Assembly: GCA_038227875.1 (NCBI GenBank)
Contig: JBBRPR010000057.1
Span: 1-53,397 of the forward strand
Origin: Planctomycetota bacterium
Lineage (GTDB): Bacteria > Planctomycetota > SZUA-567 > H5-PLA8
Direction: 5' to 3'
DNA length: 53,397 nt
Every line of letters begins with the position of its first letter. The stretch's first letter is position 1. The position numbers and the translations under genes were made by a program. Below are positions 17,137-26,564 of the stretch, piece after piece. The notes beneath the pieces are model-generated. The model was not told the origin of the DNA and ran no database searches. It saw only the letters and a program-made list of their open reading frames with translations.

Positions 17137-19206
17137 TCACTTCCCCGTCAACCGCCGCGCGATCACTGCTTTGAACTCGTGATATTCCCGCGAGAGCATG
17201 CCGCTGGCGGCCATGAAATAAACCAGGATGCCGACCGCCACCGGCACGAGCGTGCGCTGCGCGACCAGGCCGAAGGTTTTGCCTTCCGGCGGCAGGCTGT
17301 CGCGCATCGCCCAGACTACGAAACCCATGATCGCCGTCGCGAAAACCGTGCTGTAGATGCAGTGCTGAAATTTCTGATCCTCGGTCCAGCGGTCTTCCGG
17401 AACGCCGTAAACGTCGTGCGGCTTCTGCTCGCTCTCCTTGGGCATCTCGGGCTTGAGCATGCGCGTGAAATGTTCGCGGCAGGTCAGGTAGAACGGAACC
17501 AGGCTGAATCCGATCGCGGCGAAAAATCCGTAGAACGTCTCCCAGTCCTTCTGGTGTGAGAAGTACTGGTACACGCCGACGCCCAGCGCGATGGAAATCA
17601 ACGACGCGCCCGCGGCTTCCTTCAGAAACGCGGTCGTGGATTTGCCGCCGAGCGTGGGCTTGAAGTACTCGTTGCCGCCGAGCTTCTCGCGCACGGCCTG
17701 GGCGAGTTTCCACGTTTGCCAGCCGTTGCTGATGGTGCTGGCCAGCGCGATTCCCCCTTCGCGGATGTTGCCAAATGTGTAGCCAGCGTCGATCAGCACG
17801 TTGACGGCCCAGTTGTGTTTTTCAGGTTCGAGCGTCAGCGGCAGGAGCGCGCGCGCCATGTACTGGCCGCCGATGACGAAGAGCAGATTGAAAAAGACAT
17901 TGATCACCACCGACCACGCCGACGTGGTGGTCGGCGTCTTCATGTCCTTCATCGCGTAAAGCGCGCGCGCCAGCAGCGCGTTGACGCTGAAAAAGACCAG
18001 TCCGAGGCTTGAATACAAGGCCACGCCGGCGGTGCGCCGCACGGGTTCGGCGTCGTTTTCCAGAAAGCGGCCGGTGCCGTAGAGCAGACGGACGATGTCG
18101 TCGGAGAGCAGCATGATCCCGATGGTGCAGGGCACGGTGATGAAGATCGCCATGCGCAAGCCCCACAGCAGCGTCTTGTAGAAGTCATCCTTCTTCGAAA
18201 GCGCCCAGAACTTCGCCAGAGCCGGCAGCGAAACGGTGGCCAGCGCCAGTGCGACGATTGACCAGACCATCTGGTAGACGCTCGTCCCCATGTTCAGGTA
18301 CGTCACCGGGCCCGCGCCGGGAATGAAGACGTTGGCGATGATGTTGTCCAGCAGCACGTTGGCCTGGAACACGGCGACCAGCAGGATCACCGGCTTGAAA
18401 TTAGCGATGACTTCCTTGTAGCCCGGATCGTTCGTGTCGACGGCCGGCCGGAAACGGAAGCCCAGCGCAAACGCAGGCGGAAATTGAATCAGCAACTGCA
18501 GCACGCCGCCGATCAGCACTGCGTAGGCCACGGCCCAGATGCGCTCGGAGTCCACCGCGCCAAAGTGCGGCACCACGAAATAACACGCGCCGATGATCAT
18601 TACGTTCAGCAGCACAGGCGCGAAATTGGGCATCCAGAAATGGCCGAGCGAATTGAGCACCGCCATCAGCACGCAGGCAACGTTGATGAAAATCAAATAC
18701 GGCAGCATCCACTCGAAGAGCTGCACTTTCAGCAGCTCATCGGGCGTGATCATGCCCGGCGCGAAACGCTGCAGCAAAAACACCGCTCCCGCGCAGGCGC
18801 CAATCACAAAGATGCAGCCGAAGGTGAGCCAGTACGCGACCTTCGTAATCAGAATGCTGCCGGTGCGATTGGCGGCTTCGTTCTCGCCTTTCGCAAGCTG
18901 TTCTGAGAACACCGGCACGAACGCGCTGGTCAGCGCGCCTTCGCCAAACAGTCGCCGCGTCAAATTCGGCGCGATGAAGGCAAAGTTGAACGCATCGGCC
19001 ACATCCGACGCGCCGAACATGCGCGCCAGGATGCGGAAGCGCCACAGACCCAGCAGCCGGCTCAGGATCGTCATCACCGCAACGACGCCGGCCGAACGCA
19101 TCAGGCCATGGTTGTGATGCTTGTCAGAGGCGGAGTCCGGCTTCTGCGACGGTTCTCCCGGCTGCGACGGCGACGTTGGCGTTTCAGGTGCGTCCGGATT
19201 GGACAT
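17137..19206 (-). CDS. murJ: Lipid II flippase MurJ (MviN)
   Basis: MTILSRLLGL, DAFNFAFIAPNLTRRLFGEGALTSAFVPVF, APVLLNV, RALYAMKDMKTP, GIALAST; longer than typical at the C-terminus. Confidence 0.93.
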   Translation of the reverse strand: MSNPDAPETPTSPSQPGEPSQKPDSASDKHHNHGLMRSAGVVAVMTILSRLLGLWRFRILARMFGASDVADAFNFAFIAPNLTRRLFGEGALTSAFVPVFSEQLAKGENEAANRTGSILITKVAYWLTFGCIFVIGACAGAVFLLQRFAPGMITPDELLKVQLFEWMLPYLIFINVACVLMAVLNSLGHFWMPNFAPVLLNVMIIGACYFVVPHFGAVDSERIWAVAYAVLIGGVLQLLIQFPPAFALGFRFRPAVDTNDPGYKEVIANFKPVILLVAVFQANVLLDNIIANVFIPGAGPVTYLNMGTSVYQMVWSIVALALATVSLPALAKFWALSKKDDFYKTLLWGLRMAIFITVPCTIGIMLLSDDIVRLLYGTGRFLENDAEPVRRTAGVALYSSLGLVFFSVNALLARALYAMKDMKTPTTTSAWSVVINVFFNLLFVIGGQYMARALLPLTLEPEKHNWAVNVLIDAGYTFGNIREGGIALASTISNGWQTWKLAQAVREKLGGNEYFKPTLGGKSTTAFLKEAAGASLISIALGVGVYQYFSHQKDWETFYGFFAAIGFSLVPFYLTCREHFTRMLKPEMPKESEQKPHDVYGVPEDRWTEDQKFQHCIYSTVFATAIMGFVVWAMRDSLPPEGKTFGLVAQRTLVPVAVGILVYFMAASGMLSREYHEFKAVIARRLTGK

Positions 19207-19304
19207 AGGGAAGAAGTCGGCTCAAAGGGAAATCAGCTGCCGGGGTGCGGGCCGCTGTGCCCGCACGAACTCATTCTGGTATCGGCCTTCCAATAGCCGC
19301 AGCG

Positions 19305-19985
19305 TTACTTAAATGAACCAACCATGGCCTCAAACGCGGGCTTGTTCTCGGTCACGGTTTTCTTCGGTCCAATCAGCTTCAGAAAGTAATCGCCCTGAGC
19401 GGTGGTGACCACGGCGCCCAATTGCGCGAAATCCGGCTTCGGCGGCTGCTGGCCCTGCATGGTCATCGCGCTGTAGGCGCCTTCCAACTCCACCACGACT
19501 GCCATGCCGCCGTTAGCGGTCTTGACTTCACGCTTGGCCACCAGCGACGTGGGTCCGCCGAACTGGCCGGTCCAGCGGTTGATGTTCGCGTCGACGCCGC
19601 CGCCGCCGGTCAGCACGGAAAATTCGCCGTCTTCCGGATCGCCGCCCGACTTCGGAATGCTCGCCTGGTACTTGCGCATGCTGTTGGCCGGAGGAACTTC
19701 CTTCCAATTGCCCGGCAGCGAAAACGTATGCGTGTCGACGGTCACGGGTTTTCCGTCAGCCTTGGGGCCGGGAGCCGGCGTCGGATCGCCGCCCACCTTC
19801 GGATCGGCTTTCGGATCCACCTTGGGCGCCGGATCAGTCGATACGGATTCTTTCGGTGTAGGCGTCGGCGTGGGGGATGTCGTCGGCGTTGAGGGCGTCG
19901 GCTTCGGCGCTTCCGGAACACCACAGCCAGTCACCACCGCCAGCGCAGCCAGCGTCACGCAATAAAATGGGACTCGAACATTCAT
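19305..19985 (-). CDS. Hypothetical lipoprotein (Pro-rich linker; GGGVDANINRW domain)
   Basis: GGAGG RBS; lipobox VVTG-C; Pro/Thr linker; ANINRWTGQF and YFLKLIGP motifs. Confidence 0.75.
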   Translation of the reverse strand: MNVRVPFYCVTLAALAVVTGCGVPEAPKPTPSTPTTSPTPTPTPKESVSTDPAPKVDPKADPKVGGDPTPAPGPKADGKPVTVDTHTFSLPGNWKEVPPANSMRKYQASIPKSGGDPEDGEFSVLTGGGGVDANINRWTGQFGGPTSLVAKREVKTANGGMAVVVELEGAYSAMTMQGQQPPKPDFAQLGAVVTTAQGDYFLKLIGPKKTVTENKPAFEAMVGSFK

Positions 19986-20306
19986 GGCCTTAACCTCCAT
20001 CGTTGTTTTCGGGAATGATTTAGACGCGGCACAGTATACGAAGCGGCGGCGGGAACAAAAGTGACAGTATCAATGCAAGAGAGAGGACGGCCCTTGTTCA
20101 CGGCCTCTGAGAGACTGCCTTCCCCTTGGTGCGTTCTGCCTTCAGCGTTCTCGCCGTCCACTTTCGCCCATGTCGCTCAAAAATCCCACCATAACTTCCG
20201 CCGAAATTGATCCCCATCGCAGGGGAAATCAAATTTCCGCTCTGAGCACGACGATTGCATTCTCGCAGGATTCTCGTTTGTGAGACGCATTGTTTCTGGA
20301 GGAGTC

Positions 20307-21632
20307 ATGGCCGCCGCGGACACGACCGCAATCAAGATTCTCGGCACCTGCCGCATCGAATCACCCGTGGCAAGGGTACTCGGCGAGAAGGCCATGCACT
20401 ATGTAGGCGCGGCCGACAAGATCGTGCTCGACCATCGCCTCTCGGGACTCGCCGGCGTGATGAAAGAAGGTGCAGCGCCGCCCGCATTCGAACTGGCCGG
20501 ACCCCGCAACAAGATTTTCTTCGATCCGTCGAAAACGCGCGTCGGCATCGTCACCTGCGGCGGACTCTGCCCGGGCATCAACAATGTGATCCAGGGTCTC
20601 GTGCGCGAGCTGGTTCACGCTTACGGCGTCAAGACGATCTTCGGTTTCCGTTACGGCTACCAGGGTTTCATCGCCAAATACAAACACAAGGTTTTTGACC
20701 TGACGCTGGAATCCGTCGCCGGCATCCACGAACTCGGCGGCACAATTCTCGGCTCGTCGCGCGGGCACCAGGATACCGAGGAGATTGTCGACTGCCTGGA
20801 ACGGATGAACGTCAACATTCTCTTCGTGATCGGCGGCGACGGCACGATCCGCGGCGCGATGTCGATTGTCGACGAGATCGACCGCCGCGGCTCGAAGATC
20901 AGCGTCGTCGGCATTCCCAAGACCATCGATAACGACGTGATGTACACCGACAAAAGTTTCGGCTTCGATTCCGCGTACTCCAAGGCCGTCGAATTCATCC
21001 GCAACGCCCACGTTGAAGCCAAGGGCGCGCCCAACGGCGTCGGCATTGTGCGGGTGATGGGCCGGCATTCGGGCTTCATCGCCTGCCACGCGGCGCTGGC
21101 CTCCCGCGACGCCAACTTTGTGCTGATTCCGGAAGTGCCCTTCAAACTGGAAGGCGAGAACGGCTTCATCAATTGCCTCAAGCGCCGCCTCGACAGCCGC
21201 GGACACGCGGTGATCGTCGCGGCCGAAGGGGCGGGGCAGGAGCACATCGGCGCCGCCGACACGCAGATCATCCACCGCGATCCGTCCGGCAATCACAAGC
21301 TGCGCGACATCGGACAATTCCTGCGCGACACGATCACCTCCCATTTCCGCGAGAAAAATTGGGAGATGAATCTGCGCTACATCGATCCCAGCTACGCCAT
21401 CCGCAGCGTGCCCGCCTCGCCTGCCGATTCGATCTACTGCTGGAAACTCTCCCGCGACGCCGTCCACGGCGCGATGGCTGGCAACACGAAAATGCTGATC
21501 AGCCTGTGGCACGGCGAGTTCGTCCACATTCCCATGGAGGTCGCCGTCTCCGCGCGCAAGGCCGTCGATCCCGAAGGCTACCTGTGGATGTCGGTGCTCG
21601 AAGCCACCGGACAGCCGGTGCAGTTTGGATAG
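20307..21632 (+). CDS. pfkA: ATP-dependent 6-phosphofructokinase (PfkA superfamily, group X-like)
   Basis: IVTCGGLCPGINNVI, GGTILGSSRG, IGGDGT (Gly indicates ATP specificity), PKTIDND, VMGRHSGFIA, YIDPSYAIRS; GGAGGAG RBS. Confidence 0.93.
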   Translation: MAAADTTAIKILGTCRIESPVARVLGEKAMHYVGAADKIVLDHRLSGLAGVMKEGAAPPAFELAGPRNKIFFDPSKTRVGIVTCGGLCPGINNVIQGLVRELVHAYGVKTIFGFRYGYQGFIAKYKHKVFDLTLESVAGIHELGGTILGSSRGHQDTEEIVDCLERMNVNILFVIGGDGTIRGAMSIVDEIDRRGSKISVVGIPKTIDNDVMYTDKSFGFDSAYSKAVEFIRNAHVEAKGAPNGVGIVRVMGRHSGFIACHAALASRDANFVLIPEVPFKLEGENGFINCLKRRLDSRGHAVIVAAEGAGQEHIGAADTQIIHRDPSGNHKLRDIGQFLRDTITSHFREKNWEMNLRYIDPSYAIRSVPASPADSIYCWKLSRDAVHGAMAGNTKMLISLWHGEFVHIPMEVAVSARKAVDPEGYLWMSVLEATGQPVQFG

Positions 21633-21633
21633 C

Positions 21634-21835
21634 TTTGTAGTCCGGGCGTCCCCGTCCGGTCGTCTTGAAAAGTCGATACAGTTTCACCACGGAGGCGTTT
21701 CTTGTAAGCTGCGTCCGCCGTGGTCCGGGCATCTTGCCCGGTCTGCGACCGACACGCTTATTACAGCAAGAGACGTAAGTCGGGCGAACGATGCGCAACT
21801 TTCAAGAAGACCGGGCGGGACGCCCGGACTACAAA
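21634..21835. repeat. GTAG-type REP doublet (REPIN-like) with a third internal copy
   Basis: TTTGTAGTCCGGGCGTCCCCGTCCGGTC.. (21634) inverted with ..GACCGGGCGGGACGCCCGGACTACAAA (ends 21835); variant at 21720-21743. Confidence 0.8.
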
Positions 21836-21851
21836 AAATGGACGCTGAATC

Positions 21852-24689
21852 ATGACCCAGGCACTTCATCCCAAGACGCACGCTCATTCGCACGCCGGAC
21901 GCGACCGGCTCTCGGGCATTATCCACCGGCTCGGCGACACGCTCGGCCACGTAATCCAGGAGCAATCCGGCGCGCAGATTCTCTCGCTCGAAGAACGCGT
22001 CCGCCTGCTCTCCAAGGAACTCCGCGCCAGCAGCAAGCCGGAACTCTTCGCGGAAATGAAGTCGATCATGCAAGGCCTGTCGATCGAGCAGTCCGCCGGG
22101 CTGATCAAGTCGTTCAGCATGTTCTTTTCGCTCGTGAATCTCTCCGAGCAGCTTCAGCGCATCTGGGTGCTGCGCGACCGCGCGCTGGCCAAGCCCAACG
22201 ATCCACGTTCCGAATCGATCGCTTCGGCGATTTCCGAACTCAAAGCGCAGGGCGTCTCCGCCGCCGATCTCGAACGCTGGCTTGCCGACGCCGAAATTCT
22301 GCCGGTCTTCACCGCACACCCGACGGAAGCCCGCCGGCGCACGGTTCTCGATAAACTCCGCCGCCTCGCCGATGTGCTCGACACCGCGCACACCGGCGGA
22401 GGCCTGGCGTCCTCCAGTGCGCTGCCCAGCGCATCGGGCGCGGATTCCGTGGTGCGCGAGGAGATTACGGCGCTCTGGCAGAGCGACGATATCCGCATCG
22501 TCCGGCCGTCGGTGATCGACGAAGTGAAAAACGGCATCTACTATTTCAACCAGAGCATCTTCGAACTGGTTCCCGCGATCTATGAAGATCTGGAAGCCGC
22601 GCTCAGCGCGCACTATCCCGAACATGCGTGGGATGTGCCGTCGCTCTTGCGCTTCGGATCGTGGATGGGCGGCGACCGCGACGGCAATCCCAATGTCACG
22701 CCGCAGGTCACCGCCGAATCCGTGCGGTTGCTCTCTCAGGCCATCCGCCGCCGCTACTTTCACACCGTCGAAGACATCAGCCGCCGGTTGAGCATGTCGT
22801 CGCACCAGGTCGGCGCGTCGGACGAGTTGGTTACGTTTCTGCAAACCTACGGCGAACTTTTTCCGGAAGTCGCGCACCGCACGCTCGCGCGTTACCCGCG
22901 CGAACCCTACCGGCAGGCCTGCGCGTTCATCCGCGAAAAACTGCTCCGCTCCGTGGCACTCGCCGAGGACGCGCGCCAACTGGATTGGGACGGAACGCCG
23001 CTGCGCTCGCAGACGGCCTACATGCGCAGCTCCGAATTGCTCGCCGATCTGCGCATGCTCCAGAACAGTCTGCGCGCCAATAAGGGCAGCGCCGTTGCGG
23101 CCGGCGCGCTCAAGCGCTTCATCCGCCAGGTCGATGTCTTCGGGCTTCATCTGGCCACGCTCGACTGCCGCCAGCACAGCGACCGTCACCAGAACGCGCT
23201 GGCCGAAGTGCTCGAACGCGCCGGCGTCTGCAAAGACTTCGCGAGCTTATCCGAAGCGCAGCGCGTCGAGTTGCTCTCGGCGGAACTCACCAACCGCCGC
23301 CCGCTGATCCCCGCACGCTTGAGCTACACGCCGGAGACGGTCGAGACGATCGAAACGTTCCGGACCATCGCCGCGATTCTCGATCAACTCGCGCCGGAAT
23401 CGATTGACACGTACATCATCAGCATGACGCGCGGCGCCAGCGATATCCTCACGGCGCTGCTCTTCGCGCGTGAAGCCGGGCTCTTCCAGCCGGCGGCGGG
23501 AATCAGCCGCTTGAACATCGCGCCGCTCTTTGAAACCGGCGCGGACCTCGCCGGCGGCGCGGCGATTCTCGAAGCGTGCTTGAACGTTCCCGTCTACCGT
23601 GAGCACCTGAAGCTGCGCGGCAACGTCCAGGAAATCATGATCGGCTACTCCGACAGCAACAAGGACGTCGGGTTCCTCGCCGCGAACTGGGCGCTGTACA
23701 AGGCGCAGGCCGCGCTGCGCAACGTCGCGACGAAAGAACAGATCCGCCTGCGCCTGTTCCACGGCCGCGGCGGCGCAATCGGGCGCGGCGGTGGGCCGGC
23801 CAACAAGGCCATTCTCGCGCAGCCGCCGGGCAGCGTCGGCAACCAGATCAAGCTCACCGAACAGGGCGAAGTGATCGCCGACCGCTACGGTCTGCCCAAG
23901 ATCGCGCACCGGCATCTCGAGCAGGTGCTCCACGCCGTGCTGCTGGCCGGCCTGGAAAAGCGTCCCGACGCGCCGGAACAATGGGTCGGCGCGCTGGACA
24001 CGCTGGCTGAAAGTTCGCGCGGATACTACCGCAAGCTGGTCTACGAAAATCCGCATTTCATGGAGTACTTCCGCGCCGCGACGCCGATCAATGAAATCAG
24101 CCGCCTGAAAATCGGCAGCCGTCCGACGTCGCGCAAAAAGACCGACCGCATCGAAGACCTCCGCGCAATCCCGTGGGTCTTTTCGTGGATGCAGTCGCGC
24201 CACACGCTCCCCGGCTGGTACGGCCTGGGCTTCGCGCTCGAAGCCTTCGCCGGCGAAAATGGCGCTGCCAACGCGGAGCTGGAACTGCTGCAGGACATGT
24301 ACGCGCGCTGGCCGTTCTTCCGCACGCTGCTGGACAACGCGCAGATGATCCTGAGCAAAGCCGACATGCACATCGCCGAACGCTACGCCGAGCTCGTCGG
24401 CAACGCCGCCGCCTCGCGCGCTGTATTTTCGGAGATCCAGAACGAGTACCAGCGCAGCGCGCGCATGATCTGCCGCATCGCCAAAGTTGAGCGGTTACTC
24501 GACGACAGCCCTGTGTTGCAGCACTCCATCGACCGCCGCAACCCGTATGTGGACCCGCTGAGCTTCATTCAAATCGAGCTACTGCGCCGTCTGCGCAGCG
24601 ACCCGACGTGCAAAGACGCCGCGACGCTCGAAGAGCAGATTCTGCTCACGATCAGCGGAATCGCCGCGGGGCTGAAGAACACGGGTTGA
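21852..24689 (+). CDS. ppc: Phosphoenolpyruvate carboxylase
   Basis: VFTAHPTE, SWMGGDRDGNP, QEIMIGYSDSNKD, FHGRGG, LRAIPWVFSW, C-terminal LKNTG. Confidence 0.98.
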   Translation: MTQALHPKTHAHSHAGRDRLSGIIHRLGDTLGHVIQEQSGAQILSLEERVRLLSKELRASSKPELFAEMKSIMQGLSIEQSAGLIKSFSMFFSLVNLSEQLQRIWVLRDRALAKPNDPRSESIASAISELKAQGVSAADLERWLADAEILPVFTAHPTEARRRTVLDKLRRLADVLDTAHTGGGLASSSALPSASGADSVVREEITALWQSDDIRIVRPSVIDEVKNGIYYFNQSIFELVPAIYEDLEAALSAHYPEHAWDVPSLLRFGSWMGGDRDGNPNVTPQVTAESVRLLSQAIRRRYFHTVEDISRRLSMSSHQVGASDELVTFLQTYGELFPEVAHRTLARYPREPYRQACAFIREKLLRSVALAEDARQLDWDGTPLRSQTAYMRSSELLADLRMLQNSLRANKGSAVAAGALKRFIRQVDVFGLHLATLDCRQHSDRHQNALAEVLERAGVCKDFASLSEAQRVELLSAELTNRRPLIPARLSYTPETVETIETFRTIAAILDQLAPESIDTYIISMTRGASDILTALLFAREAGLFQPAAGISRLNIAPLFETGADLAGGAAILEACLNVPVYREHLKLRGNVQEIMIGYSDSNKDVGFLAANWALYKAQAALRNVATKEQIRLRLFHGRGGAIGRGGGPANKAILAQPPGSVGNQIKLTEQGEVIADRYGLPKIAHRHLEQVLHAVLLAGLEKRPDAPEQWVGALDTLAESSRGYYRKLVYENPHFMEYFRAATPINEISRLKIGSRPTSRKKTDRIEDLRAIPWVFSWMQSRHTLPGWYGLGFALEAFAGENGAANAELELLQDMYARWPFFRTLLDNAQMILSKADMHIAERYAELVGNAAASRAVFSEIQNEYQRSARMICRIAKVERLLDDSPVLQHSIDRRNPYVDPLSFIQIELLRRLRSDPTCKDAATLEEQILLTISGIAAGLKNTG

Positions 24690-24709
24690 CGGCAATCCAC
24701 TGCCTACCT

Positions 24710-24735
24710 ACCCCGTCGCGAATTCGCGACGGGGT
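24710..24735. repeat. Perfect 26-bp palindrome
   Basis: ACCCCGTCGCGAATTCGCGACGGGGT. Confidence 0.9.
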
Positions 24736-24835
24736 TAGAAACCACCAGTTAGCGAAAAGTAATCGACTTCGGACGGTAACAGTCCAGCGCCTGCATTTTT
24801 GAATTTTTAATTTTTGATTCCCCGCCGCGCGCACA

Positions 24836-24864
24836 TTGACAACGAATATTCCGCGGGGTTAATT
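24836..24864 (+). promoter_or_regulatory. Putative sigma-70 promoter for the uORF-tuf leader
   Basis: Perfect -35 TTGACA (24836-24841); AT-rich but non-consensus -10 (TTAATT) 17 nt downstream. Confidence 0.45.
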
Positions 24865-24902
24865 ACCTATCTAAGTAGGCATTCGTTTTTCGGAGCACCA
24901 CC

Positions 24903-25052
24903 ATGTTCGTCCGGCACGCAATCAATTGGGATTCGGTTTCCCGGGAGTTATCAGGGCAAGGCTCGACCTTGCCCGGTCGTGACTCCAGGGGATTGGGATC
25001 CACGACTCTTGCTGCCGGACCGGACACCGATCACGCACCTTCCGTGCGCTGA
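24903..25052 (+). CDS. Putative 49-aa leader peptide (uORF) MFVRHAINWDSVSRELSGQGSTLPGRDSRGLGSTTLAAGPDTDHAPSVR
   Basis: GGAG 8 nt before ATG 24903; TGA at 25050-25052; below the ORF-track length cut-off; followed 30 nt later by a terminator. Confidence 0.5.
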   Translation: MFVRHAINWDSVSRELSGQGSTLPGRDSRGLGSTTLAAGPDTDHAPSVR

Positions 25053-25080
25053 TTCCGCTTTCTCACCTGTCGTGAGTTGA

Positions 25081-25111
25081 AGCTCTCCGGTCCGCCGGAG
25101 AGTTTTTGTTT
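25081..25111 (+). terminator. Intrinsic terminator (attenuator) upstream of the EF-Tu paralog
   Basis: CTCTCCGG-TCCG-CCGGAGAG followed by TTTTTGTTT. Confidence 0.8.
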
Positions 25112-25161
25112 CGCCACGTGCTTTAAGACTCGCGAGGCGGACATCACGGCCAAAATGACAG

Positions 25162-25218
25162 ACCTTGTTGACCATGGTCAACAAGGTGTCCAACTTCCGG
25201 GCCACGTGGCCCGGAAGT
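25162..25218. repeat. Two tandem perfect 26-bp palindromes
   Basis: ACCTTGTTGACCATGGTCAACAAGGT (25162-25187) and ACTTCCGGGCCACGTGGCCCGGAAGT (25193-25218). Confidence 0.9.
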
Positions 25219-25302
25219 CGCCGCGCGGATCCTTCTCCCTCATTTCAAATCGAAACCATAGACGGCCGCGTGCGCACCACGCGCGCCGAAAGGAGAACTA
25301 TT

Positions 25303-26520
25303 GTGTCCACGCAACTGAACACCGTTTCCAAGCCCATCGTCAACGTCGGCACGATCGGGCACATCGACCACGGCAAGTCCTCGCTGACCACGGCCATCGT
25401 CGCCACGCTCGCGCCGCTGGGGCTGGCCAGGCCGCGCACGTACCAGCAGATCACCGCCGGTGGCGTGAAGCGCGACAAGCAGAAGGTCGTCACGGTCATC
25501 GTCTCGCACACCGAGTACGAATCGCGTGCGCGCAGCTACGCGCACGTCGATTGCCCGGGCCACGCCGATTACGTCCGGAACATGATCGTTGGCGCGGCGC
25601 AGATGGACGGCGGGATCCTCGTCGTCGCGGCCGATGAAGGCCCGATGCCGCAGACTCGCGAACACCTGTTGCTGGCCAAGCAGGTCGGCGTCCCGGCGAT
25701 GGTCGTCTTCCTCAACCGCTGCGACAAAGTGGCGGAAGTGGAACTGATCGACCTGGTCGAATCGGAAGTTCGCGCGATGCTCACGCGCTACGGCTATGAC
25801 GGCGTGAACGCGCCGGTCATCCGCGGCAGCGCGAAGGCGGCGATCGAAAATCCGACCGACGCGGCGGCGACGAAGCCGATCTGGGCGCTGCTCGATGCGC
25901 TCGATCGTTACATCCCGCTGCCGAGCCGGCCGATCGACCGGCCGTTCCTGATGCCGATCGAAGGCGTCTACTCCATCGAAGGGCGCGGCACGGTCGTGAC
26001 CGGGTTGATCGAACGCGGCCGCATCGCGCTGGGGGAGAAGCTGGAGATCGTCGGTCTCTCGCAGGACGCCGTGAGCACGACCTGCACGGGGATCGAACGC
26101 TTCAAGCGGCCGCAGCCCAGCGCCGAAGCGGGCGCGAACGTCGGGTTGCTGCTGCGCGGAGTGACGCGCGATCAGGTCCGGCGCGGGCAGGTGATCGCCG
26201 CGCCGGGAAGCGTCCAGCCGCGCTCGCATTTCCGCGCGGAAGTGTACGTGCTGACGAAGGACGAAGGCGGCCGGCACACGGCGTTCACGCCGAACTTCAA
26301 GCCGCAGTTCTTCTTCCGCACCGCGGGCGTCACGGGTGAAGTGCTGTCCGTGACGAACGAGAACTCGGAAGGCGGCGCGGTGATGCCCGGCGATCGCGTC
26401 ACGATGGAAGTGCAGCTGGAAGCCGACAAGCCCGTCGCCCTGTCCCCCGAACTCCGCTTCGCGATCCGCGAAGGCGGATGCACGGTCGGGCAGGGGGTTG
26501 TGGTGGAGGTGTTGGCGTAA
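25303..26520 (+). CDS. tuf: Divergent elongation factor Tu paralog
   Basis: [80 protein letters not shown] before GTG 25303; 405 aa. Confidence 0.93.
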   Translation: MSTQLNTVSKPIVNVGTIGHIDHGKSSLTTAIVATLAPLGLARPRTYQQITAGGVKRDKQKVVTVIVSHTEYESRARSYAHVDCPGHADYVRNMIVGAAQMDGGILVVAADEGPMPQTREHLLLAKQVGVPAMVVFLNRCDKVAEVELIDLVESEVRAMLTRYGYDGVNAPVIRGSAKAAIENPTDAAATKPIWALLDALDRYIPLPSRPIDRPFLMPIEGVYSIEGRGTVVTGLIERGRIALGEKLEIVGLSQDAVSTTCTGIERFKRPQPSAEAGANVGLLLRGVTRDQVRRGQVIAAPGSVQPRSHFRAEVYVLTKDEGGRHTAFTPNFKPQFFFRTAGVTGEVLSVTNENSEGGAVMPGDRVTMEVQLEADKPVALSPELRFAIREGGCTVGQGVVVEVLA

Positions 26521-26529
26521 GAGGAGTGA

Positions 26530-26564
26530 ACCCTCCCGCCCGCAAGGGCGGGAGGGTGTTTTTT
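26530..26564 (+). terminator. Intrinsic terminator of the tuf paralog
   Basis: ACCCTCCCGCCC-GCAA-GGGCGGGAGGGT followed by G and a T-tract. Confidence 0.9.

Noticed and set aside
20194..20208. Possible half-unit of the palindrome family (ACTTCCGCCGAAATT); similar weak case near 11223
   Set aside because: Right arm is missing or broken; cannot be distinguished from chance
21684..23189. Long antisense ORF (501 aa) and similar ones (15880-16998, 20361-21527, 23247-24371, 28828-29979, 44429-45661, 45796-47055)
   Set aside because: Shadow ORFs opposite well-supported genes, expected in high-GC DNA
25303..26520. SelB or a tuf pseudogene
   Set aside because: EF-Tu length and motifs, no SelB C-terminal extension, intact frame with RBS and terminator
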